Below are positions 9,037 to 17,200 of a stretch of DNA of 45,384 bases, one piece after another. The notes under the pieces were generated by a model. The model saw only the letters and a program-made list of their open reading frames with translations. It searched no databases and was not told where the DNA came from. A program made the translations under genes and the position numbers. Positions within the stretch are counted from its first letter, which is position 1. Each line of letters starts with the position of its first letter. The stretch lies in the IMG/VR virus record IMGVR_UViG_3300022745_000005, positions 1-45,384 of that record, one strand, 5' to 3'. Source of the DNA: a virus (taxonomy: Duplodnaviria; Caudoviricetes).

Positions 9037-9858
9037 TTAGTTCCTCGCCAGGGTCGGTGTATGTTGTGCGTTGCGCAGTGGGAACTGCTTATCCTTAGCA
9101 ATCCGCTGTTGGTCAAAGTAGACCACGGCGTCATAATCTTCCTTGCGCCTGCCGCCGAGTAGGTAGCGGTTGTACATGGCATGATAGCCGGCGTGCCAGC
9201 GCAGCCGTTCGGGATTGATTGCATCGGCAATCACATCCGCGTCCAGGGTAACGGAGGCATGGGTAGTACAGTAAAGCAGTTGGATCTGGTTTCCGGTCGT
9301 GCCCTGCGCAGAGGGAATCGAGTCGGTGTCAAAGTACAGCACTCCCCCCACCTCGCGCCATCCGGTGATTGCATCGCCATACGAAAACGGGCTGGCGTCG
9401 TTGTCAGCCAGCCTCACCTGCTTGACGTTGAACACGTTACTGGGAAGCGTGACCGTTTCCGCGTCTGCCACAATTACCAGGCTGGCGTTCTCATAGACCT
9501 GATCCACCGGGCCAATACTTCCAAAGGCGCGGTTAATCGCCTGTACCATCGTCTGCCGCGAGAAGGTTCCCTTACATGCGCTGTAGGTGTCGCCGGAAGT
9601 GATGACCCCCGCGCCCGGGGTGGCAAAGGTATAGACCCCTGATGCTCCGGTGTAGTCGGTAATGGTAGCGGTCTTGTTGGCATGGTTGCCAGAGCGAAAC
9701 CACAACACCCCACCGTTGTACCAGTCATCGGCTTCCAGGTTGGCAACCGCGCTGTCAGTGAGGGTGGTAGGACTTGCGCCGGTGGTCGAGGTAGCCGAAC
9801 CGTCGCGTACTTCGTTGATCAGATACGCAAGGTCAAGGAGCGCTTTGGAGAGTAGCAT
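9037..9858 (-). CDS. Putative head-tail adaptor / tail tubular protein A-like
   Basis: Helical ends (MVQAINRA) around a beta insertion; synteny. Confidence 0.5.
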   Translation of the reverse strand: MLLSKALLDLAYLINEVRDGSATSTTGASPTTLTDSAVANLEADDWYNGGVLWFRSGNHANKTATITDYTGASGVYTFATPGAGVITSGDTYSACKGTFSRQTMVQAINRAFGSIGPVDQVYENASLVIVADAETVTLPSNVFNVKQVRLADNDASPFSYGDAITGWREVGGVLYFDTDSIPSAQGTTGNQIQLLYCTTHASVTLDADVIADAINPERLRWHAGYHAMYNRYLLGGRRKEDYDAVVYFDQQRIAKDKQFPLRNAQHTPTLARN

Positions 9859-10002
9859 TTACTTCCCCTTCTTTTTCGGCTTATCCTTTTCAGCCTGTTC
9901 CAGGGCAATCGCTACGCTTTGTTTCTGCGAGTGGCCTTTCTTGACCAATTCGGCTATGTTGGCCGAAATTGTTTTTTGGGACGAACCTTTTTTGAGCGGC
10001 AT
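9859..10002 (-). CDS. Small basic protein (47 aa) [47 protein letters not shown]; absent from the ORF track
   Basis: Translated by hand; fills the gap exactly; MPLKKG.S..TIS.NI...Q.VAIAL is a recurrent phage small-protein pattern. Confidence 0.85.
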   Translation of the reverse strand: MPLKKGSSQKTISANIAELVKKGHSQKQSVAIALEQAEKDKPKKKGK

Positions 10003-10005
10003 GGT

Positions 10006-10326
10006 TTACCCCGCGAAGTCGTTGAGGGTAATATAGATCGTGCGGTCTGCGCCTTCCGCGCTGCCACTGACGATCTTGAAGGAAGTACAGCCCATCGTGA
10101 TCGCGGCGGGAACTGCGACCGAACGGGTGCTTGGGCTGGTGATGGACAGGTTGCCATCCTTATCCCCTAACGTGCCGCTGGTTCCATACCCGTCATTGCT
10201 TCCGGTAAGGGTGGCGGCGGTTCCGGTCATGGTGGGGAATTCAATCAACATCACGGCCAGGTGATTGTTCTTGATCTCGGTCGAGGCGGTTCCACCACTC
10301 GAAATAACTGCGGATACTCGTTGCAT
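10006..10326 (-). CDS. Hypothetical, probably virion protein (106 aa)
   Basis: GAGG RBS; beta-rich; lies in the structural operon. Confidence 0.65.
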   Translation of the reverse strand: MQRVSAVISSGGTASTEIKNNHLAVMLIEFPTMTGTAATLTGSNDGYGTSGTLGDKDGNLSITSPSTRSVAVPAAITMGCTSFKIVSGSAEGADRTIYITLNDFAG

Positions 10327-10329
10327 GGT

Positions 10330-10689
10330 TTACCTCTTGAGCGAAGGCATGGAGGCCATCGCGGCAACACTCATTACCTTTTCAGCAGGCCCCATCTTTT
10401 CCGTTCCGGTGGCTTCACTGGCGCTGTAGCCGTAGTCATTGGTCAGCAAACGAACCAGATACGGCGCGTTCTTCCGGCTGGATGGGATAAAGGCATGTCC
10501 TTTTTCAAAGTACACGCCTGCTGTGCGCCCGGTGTATTCCGGGTTGGGGGTGGAAATCATCCACCCCGAATTACTCTCGCGGGATGCGGCAGCCTGTTGG
10601 GCTAACTGGTCGTTCAAATCCGCGATCTGTGCGTTGAGGCGCTCGATCTCAGATAGGAGTTCCTCTTTGGTAGCGGCGCTTTGTGCCAT
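10330..10689 (-). CDS. Hypothetical protein with N-terminal coiled coil
   Basis: AGGAG upstream of MAQSAATK; TPNPEYTG.TAGV.F..G motif; start is uncertain. Confidence 0.6.
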   Translation of the reverse strand: MAQSAATKEELLSEIERLNAQIADLNDQLAQQAAASRESNSGWMISTPNPEYTGRTAGVYFEKGHAFIPSSRKNAPYLVRLLTNDYGYSASEATGTEKMGPAEKVMSVAAMASMPSLKR

Positions 10690-10900
10690 AGCGTACATTG
10701 CTCCTGTAGTCGTCAAATCTTTCTGATAGCTTGTCGAGTAACAAGGTTCCGGGGTTATGGCCCCATAAGAAGCGCTGGGGGATGCGGTGCATTTGTCCGG
10801 CGCATACCGGACACTGAACCGCGACAATTTCTTTCATGCCGTGAATGACGGTCTGCCGCGCTTCGGGGTGATTTTTGCAGCCGTATACGTAGGTTGGCAT
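10649..10900 (-). CDS. FmdB-family zinc-ribbon protein
   Basis: MPTYVYGCxxH...CPVC.G.M.R. Confidence 0.8.
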   Translation of the reverse strand: MPTYVYGCKNHPEARQTVIHGMKEIVAVQCPVCAGQMHRIPQRFLWGHNPGTLLLDKLSERFDDYRSNVRYGTKRRYQRGTPI

Positions 10901-10901
10901 G

Positions 10902-11975
10902 TTACTCCACGATCATCAGTTTCAAAACATGGACAGGCTTCCGCAAGCGGCACTCGTCGCGCAACTTTTCAATGACTTGCCGCGCTCCGCTGTGAGCCAA
11001 CAGTTCAGCGCGGGTGTCCTGGTATTTCTCCCAGAGCTTGCGCCCTTCATCCATTTTCTTTTGCCGGATGTAGGTTTCTGCCGTGGCCTTCTGCATGTTC
11101 ACATCACCCTTGAGCCGTTCTTCCTGCGCCATGCACACATCCCGTTTTTCTTCCAGGCGTTGCGCGCTGGTATAAACGTCATCCTCTTTCATCAGGGTGT
11201 CAAGGATCATCACGGCCCCAAAGTACATAGCCCGAACGTCATTCGCCTTGGTGGCTTCTTGCGGGTCTTTGGCTGTCCCATTGTTGAATTCTTCCACGGC
11301 CTTCGTTGCATCGGCATGGGCCTGTTCGCGCAATTTCTCGTAATGCGCGCGCAATGTTTCAAGGCGTGGACGCTGGAGGTGTGGAACGCCTTCATAGCCA
11401 TACACGGCTACATTGAACAATCGGCTGGCGGGATGGACCACAATATCGATCCCGCGACCGTTGGCAATACCCATCATAAACTCAACTGCGGGGGCCTGAT
11501 CGGCGTACTCAGTATCGCTCGCCATCTCCACGCCATACATTTCGATGCGTTTCACGCCCATATGAATCGCCAGGGCCAGCATCAAACCAACTGACGAAGT
11601 GTAATATTCTGGGTTCTGATCGCCGCGCCAAAGGTGTTTGAACAGGTCGGCGCGCACTTCCTCACGCGGATACGGGACGCAACTGGGAAACTCGTCCATT
11701 TCCTGCTGCATGTAGATGGTCAATCCCTCATGCTCCTGCCCTAACCATCGGCGGTATTCCTGGCTGTCCGGGGTTTCCTTGCGCGTAAACCATTCGGGGG
11801 TGTGCATCTCAAACAAACGGTCTACACGCGGTAAATCGCGTTCGGCTTCTGGCTTGCGCAGATCCAAGAACCAATGATGGTTCATCGTCCAGATCTCATC
11901 AACCTGGGCATCCTTGAGATACTTCAATGTTTCCTTGGCAAAGCCAGCAATGGCTATGGAGTGTGGTGTTTTCAT
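10902..11975 (-). CDS. Putative glycosyltransferase (GT29/GT42/Maf DUF115-like fold) with helical C-terminus
   Basis: IAIAGF.., IWTMN, RLFEMH and TSSV..MLALAI.MG.KRI.MYGVEM motifs. Confidence 0.5.
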   Translation of the reverse strand: MKTPHSIAIAGFAKETLKYLKDAQVDEIWTMNHHWFLDLRKPEAERDLPRVDRLFEMHTPEWFTRKETPDSQEYRRWLGQEHEGLTIYMQQEMDEFPSCVPYPREEVRADLFKHLWRGDQNPEYYTSSVGLMLALAIHMGVKRIEMYGVEMASDTEYADQAPAVEFMMGIANGRGIDIVVHPASRLFNVAVYGYEGVPHLQRPRLETLRAHYEKLREQAHADATKAVEEFNNGTAKDPQEATKANDVRAMYFGAVMILDTLMKEDDVYTSAQRLEEKRDVCMAQEERLKGDVNMQKATAETYIRQKKMDEGRKLWEKYQDTRAELLAHSGARQVIEKLRDECRLRKPVHVLKLMIVE

Positions 11976-11990
11976 AGACCTTTCAAGGGT

Positions 11991-12014
11991 TGAGGGGGGA
12001 TTTCTCCCCCCTCA
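11991..12014. terminator. Strong hairpin downstream of the capsid/cement genes (weak terminator or mRNA stabiliser)
   Basis: TGAGGGGGGA-TTTC-TCCCCCCTCA, a perfect 10-bp stem; no clear U-tract on the minus strand. Confidence 0.55.
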
Positions 12015-12023
12015 CTATTGAGT

Positions 12024-12464
12024 TTAGTGGAAAGCGACTTCGCGGTTCCAGTCCCGCCCCACGTTGTTGACAACGTAAAGCTGGACGGAGGCGATGGACC
12101 ACGCGCCGGTCCCGGTGGTTACGGTCGTGGTGATTTCGGCCATGATGCTGCGCACTTCGGGGTCGACGAACGGGATGATGTACGAGATGTACTGATCGCT
12201 CGTCGCGCCAGCCATGCCCGTTTTCTGCCCGATGATCTTACTGGCTGTGGTGGCGGCTGTGGTCGTGGTCGATCCGTGAATGTAAACGTTCACGGTCGGA
12301 TCGGTGGCTCCGGTGGTGAAGGTCGAGATAGTCACCTTCATCGCCAGGCCATGCAACGGGGTTCCTTCAAGTTCAAGGACGTTGGTCTTGGCCTCAGCGT
12401 TGGAGCTGTCGAAGGCTGCCGGGGTGTCAGAACGAACTTTGAGAGAGGCATCGCGTAAAGGCAT
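12024..12464 (-). CDS. Putative capsid cement/decoration protein
   Basis: 146-aa beta-rich protein directly after the major capsid gene (BPP-1 Bbp16-like arrangement); GGAGG RBS. Confidence 0.55.
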   Translation of the reverse strand: MPLRDASLKVRSDTPAAFDSSNAEAKTNVLELEGTPLHGLAMKVTISTFTTGATDPTVNVYIHGSTTTTAATTASKIIGQKTGMAGATSDQYISYIIPFVDPEVRSIMAEITTTVTTGTGAWSIASVQLYVVNNVGRDWNREVAFH

Positions 12465-12473
12465 GGTATCCTC

Positions 12474-13466
12474 CTAGCTCCACTGTGAGGGAGCGTCAAT
12501 GGACCAAAGGCGGGTGATACCGTAGCTTCCAAAGGAGGCCAGGCCCACGGGCCATTCGATGCGCACCATCGTGAACGGACCGTCCGGGCTTTCCGCAATC
12601 GGAACGGTATCCATTCCACCCAACTGGATACCCGTTACGCCCTGCTCGCTGTCAAACGAGGCGAAGTAAACGGAGGTGTGTTCGGCATCTCCGCCGGTTC
12701 CATCGGTTTCGGTGTTGGTGATGATCTCGGTCGACTGGTCTTTCTTGAGGCCGACATCGATGAAGGGTGCGCCGTGATAGGTCAAAATCTGGCGATCAAA
12801 GCTGTCTTTGGTCACATCCAGACCGCCGCCGCCACTGGCATTGATGTAGCGCAGGACGCGGGAGAAGCCCAAGTACATGGCCTCATTCATAAAGATCGCA
12901 TTGACCTTGCCGCCGTTGCAGCGATACCAGGAGGCTTCCCAGTTGTCAATGAAGGTGCGCGCGTTGGCGACGCTGGCGGTCGGGTTGACAGTGGTCGTGG
13001 TCGAGTTGCAGGCAATTAGCTGGCGCGAGGGCATGAGGCTAACGCGCTTTTTCAGCCCTTCAAAACCGTCGACGTCAATGGCCTGGTCGCCGTTGATGAA
13101 GTAGTTGTTGAAGTCCAGGGACATAGCCTTGAGCTTCATGTTCAACTGCTGGGTTTTGGGATCGATGATGGTATTTTGGACTTTGCCAAAAATGCGGTCG
13201 AATTTGATTTCGCCGCCGAAAATATAAACGCTTTCCCACACCTGCTCGACGTCGCCGTCGGTAGTCTCGGTGTAGGTTCCGCCAACCTTGCGGAAGGCTC
13301 CGCCGGTCGGCAAGGTGCGCACGCGAACGGCCAGGGATTGGAGGCTGTTGACGTTCTCCCAGGGCACGACTTCCATGATCTTCGACTCGCGAAGCATGTT
13401 CAGCATGATGCCCTTTTTGAAGTCCTGCACTTCCAACTTGGCGAGCTGTGCTAATGTGTAAGCCAT
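12474..13466 (-). CDS. Major capsid protein (HK97 fold)
   Basis: 330 aa; ESKIMEVVPW, LP...FRKVG, FINGD....FEGL..R and RIEW.VGLA patterns; follows the scaffold. Confidence 0.85.
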   Translation of the reverse strand: MAYTLAQLAKLEVQDFKKGIMLNMLRESKIMEVVPWENVNSLQSLAVRVRTLPTGGAFRKVGGTYTETTDGDVEQVWESVYIFGGEIKFDRIFGKVQNTIIDPKTQQLNMKLKAMSLDFNNYFINGDQAIDVDGFEGLKKRVSLMPSRQLIACNSTTTTVNPTASVANARTFIDNWEASWYRCNGGKVNAIFMNEAMYLGFSRVLRYINASGGGGLDVTKDSFDRQILTYHGAPFIDVGLKKDQSTEIITNTETDGTGGDAEHTSVYFASFDSEQGVTGIQLGGMDTVPIAESPDGPFTMVRIEWPVGLASFGSYGITRLWSIDAPSQWS

Positions 13467-13478
13467 AGTAAGCTCCTG

Positions 13479-14150
13479 TTACCAGCGGCCATTTTTGAAG
13501 GCGCGCTGGAATAATTCGTTGGGATCGTTGATGTCGCGGATAGGGTTCGGGTCAGCAGGCCCACCCCCACCCAAAGGAGTGCTGGCGGTAGCAATGCGCG
13601 CCCGCTTGGCCTCGATAGCCTTGCTCGTAATGCTAATGGCTTCCGTCATGCTCTTGGGCCGAGTTTGGAAGAATTTCGCTTCCGGATCGGCGTCTTCAAT
13701 CAGGATGCCATTCTCTTGCATCAGGTTATAGGCCAGGAGGGAAAGGGGATCGGCAGGAGCGTCATTCGGCGGGGTATTCTGCTGGGCGGCAGAAGGCTGC
13801 GCGAGCGGTTCAGGAGAGGTTTCTACCTTTTGAGCGATCTGGTTGCGCAGCGCATCCACCTGGGCAGGCTGAAGCTCTACGCCAACAGTTTTCAAAAGGT
13901 CGGCCTGTTCTTGGAACCGTTGGTCAATAACGCTTTTCTTCTTGTCTACGTAGGACTGTGCCCGCCTGAACGCTGCGTCCTCGATTTCCTTGACGCGCTT
14001 TTCAAACGTATCCATGTCCACGTATTTCGGGGTCGTTGCTTCCGGCGCACCAGCCTGGACGGGGTTAGCCGTGGGCTGTACAGGGTTGGAAGGTGTGCCC
14101 GCACCCCCATCCTGCGCACCTGAAAACTGCACCTGCTTGCTATCCGGCAT
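13479..14150 (-). CDS. Putative capsid scaffolding protein
   Basis: P/Q/A-rich ends, central coiled coil, directly upstream of the capsid gene; AAGGAG RBS. Confidence 0.65.
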   Translation of the reverse strand: MPDSKQVQFSGAQDGGAGTPSNPVQPTANPVQAGAPEATTPKYVDMDTFEKRVKEIEDAAFRRAQSYVDKKKSVIDQRFQEQADLLKTVGVELQPAQVDALRNQIAQKVETSPEPLAQPSAAQQNTPPNDAPADPLSLLAYNLMQENGILIEDADPEAKFFQTRPKSMTEAISITSKAIEAKRARIATASTPLGGGGPADPNPIRDINDPNELFQRAFKNGRW

Positions 14151-14180
14151 TTCTTGCTCCTTATTTCACAATGGTAAATA

Positions 14181-14217
14181 CCTGTTTACATTTTAGCACA
14201 AGCGTACAAGTTTACAA
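14181..14217 (-). promoter_or_regulatory. Promoter for the scaffold-capsid operon: TTGTAA-N16-TAAAAT with extended -10
   Basis: Minus strand GTGCTAAAATGTAAACAGG; 17 of 19 bases identical to the site at 31185-31203. Confidence 0.7.
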
Positions 14218-14228
14218 CTACGAATGTG

Positions 14229-17200
14229 CTACTGCGCCCCCATCTGGTCGTAAATGAGCTTCATAAAGGCCTTGAAGTCACCGCCGATTTTACCATTCTT
14301 CTCCCACCAGCTTTGCAGCTCGCTGTAGGCGCCGGGCCGGATGGTTTCGCCGGCGTAGCGAATGGCCTGTAACTGCGCCTGGGTGGCCGCGCTGAATTGG
14401 TTCAGGTCTACGGTGATCGGCCTCTGGTAACTCGTGCCCGCAATCGCCCCGCTCAAGCGGGCATCGCTCAAAACGAAGGAGGCAATATCAGGATTGGCTG
14501 CGGCATAGGTGCGCTGCCAGTCCCAATACTTCTTGAGCATCGATCCTTCTTGCGTCTTGAGGAAGGCCGACCGTTGCGGCGAACCTTTGGCGTAACTATA
14601 ATAGGTTTCCTCCGCGGCGCTCAAGCCTGGGAAGGTATCATCTTTCAGCGCCCGGTAGGCGTACACCTTCTGTTGTGTCGCGGCGGGCAGGCCGTATAGC
14701 TCGCTTTGTTCACTGGTAATCCAGGGGATCGCCTTCGGGTGCTGCGCCAGGAACAAGTTTTTCCAGCTATAGTACTTGTCAATCTGCGGGAACTGCTTGC
14801 GCACCTGGGCCTGTTGCTCTTGGGGCAGGTTCATGTATCCGCTCAAGACGCTGTTGACGTTGGGGAAGTACTTCTTCTGCTCGTCGTAATACTGCTGGAC
14901 AATCGCCGCATCTTCCTTGCTCGCCAGCTTGGGGTTGAGCTTCGGCGCATCCGGGGCCATGTCGGGATTGTTCCCGCCCATCGCCTGCGCCCATTGCGCC
15001 AAGGTCTGCGCGTCAATGCTGTCATAGCTGCGGGTATCCTTGCTCAAGAATGCATCCGTGAATTGCTCGCCCAACTGGTCGCGCATCTGGCGTTTATACA
15101 GGTCCGGCAACTTCATGTAATTGTCCCACACCTCGCTGATCAGGTATTGTTTTAGCCGTTGCTGCGGGTCTTTTTGCAGGCTGTCCATACGGGCCTGATA
15201 CTCGGGATAGGTGTCGAAGAACTTGGTAAAGGCCTGTTTGTCTCCGGCGATCCATTTATCCCGCGCCCTGTTGTACTCCTTCTGTAACTGGCGCTGTTCC
15301 TGCTCGCCTTCAGGGAAGAAGTCTACCCCCAACGGCGCACCCCAATACTGCCATAAGCCCATCTGACTTACGCGCTGCTGCGCCTGGGTGAAGGCGGGGC
15401 CGGTGCGGTCAATCATCGCCCTGCTCGCCTCATCCGCGCTGATGATGCCCTCGGCGGCCATGTTGGACAATACGCGGTCGACGCGGTAATCCTCGAAGCG
15501 ATCAATCGGCGGTTGGCCCGCTGCCCGCCGTAAGGGTTCCTCAATGTTGAAGCCTCGCGGTCCACCGATGCCTGCCGCCGCTGTGTTGGCCTGGATCATC
15601 TTGGCAAAAGGCGTCATTCCTATCTCGTCCTGCCTGCCTGTAACAAACTTATACGCCAGGTTCAGGGGCAGGCTCATCCCACTGACCGCCGATGCAAAGT
15701 CGATCGGGTTCTTGATATTGCCGTCAACGTCCTGCCGCGCCTGGGCTAGCGCCTGGTTCCACACGATCCCGCTGTGCTTGGCAAGCGCATCCTTGTACTC
15801 GGCGTCCGTGATCTCACCGCTCCTCGCCATCTTCGCCAGCAATCCTTCGGCGCTTTTGTTCTCCTGGTTGGTCTGGGAATAGAACTGATCCAGCGGGTTC
15901 GCCAGTTGCAGGAAGGGGAACATCGCCCGCTGTGGATCAAAGAAGATGCCCTCGCCCATCCAGTCGGGTAAGAACGGAAGCGGGATCATGGCTTTCTTCT
16001 TGAGCCGTGTCGGGTAGCCCTTGTCCTGCTGTTGGTTCAGGAAGCCCTGGAGCTTGAAGTAGTTGCTCAGAATGTACGGCTTGTCGATGAAGCGTAAGGC
16101 CCAATTGACCATCGAACGGGTATACCAGAATTCGTAGGGCATTGCCGCCATGAGGCCGGTGTCAAATCCGTAGCGCTGCTCGTAGGGCAGGAGCGCAAAG
16201 TCACGGCGAGCTGTGCCGTAGCGCAGGGTCGCGAGCTTCGCGTCTGCCATTTGTGAATAGACTGTTCCCAGATAGCGCTTGAGTTCGCGCTGTCCATCGC
16301 CGGACAGGTCGCCAAACTGGAATTTCGTCGGGCGGGTGATCGCGTCGGCGTGGGCCTGTTCGGCCTTGTCCAGCGCGGGGAGGATGTGCTTTTGATACGC
16401 CTCGAATGTCGCGTCCTGTGTCGGTGGTCCGCTCATCTGTTCGGCTGTGCCGAGTGGCAGGTTTGCGGCGGCGTTGTTCTCCACCGGCTTCTTGGTCTTG
16501 CGCATCAAGATGTTGGGGTCGTTGGGGTCGAACGTGCCACGGTTGAAGGTGGATTTGATCTGGTCGGGAGAGAAGGCAATGTAGCTATCTTCGGAGTTTG
16601 CTGCCATATGGTCTTGCCACGCCCGATATAATCTCTGCTGTTCTGCGTACCCAGGTAGCTTCTGTTCTTGAATACTTACCGAGTTTTTCGACCCGCCCTT
16701 GCTTCGCATAAACTCATCATTAGCTTTTCTCCATTCTTGAAACTTCGCAGATCCGCCTTCGCTCTCGGCCGTGTTTTTGTAAACAATGCCATCATACCCA
16801 AGATCTTGCAGATACTTTCTTGCTTGTGAGGTAGATTTCATCCTTAAGATATCACGGTATGCTTCCTCTCCAAGAACATCCTTCACACCCCAGGCAATAT
16901 TTTCGACACTCCAACTTCCAAGATCATCAAGGCGGAGCGGATTCTTGATCGAAAGATATGCAGGTAATAACCGAACGCCTTCTGGTTGAGATGAACCGAT
17001 CCCTGTCTTAAATTCGATGCGGTCATTAGCTTGCCCACTCGTACCAAAATGGATTCCGATATCACTTCTTGAAACCTTGAAAGCGTCAAACTGATTACCA
17101 GCCGTCCCATGATACACCACCAGTGGCCCGCCGTTTTCGTCCACTACCTTGCTATCACCGAACCACTCGCGGAAGGCCGGGGTTTCGGGAGATGTGGTGC

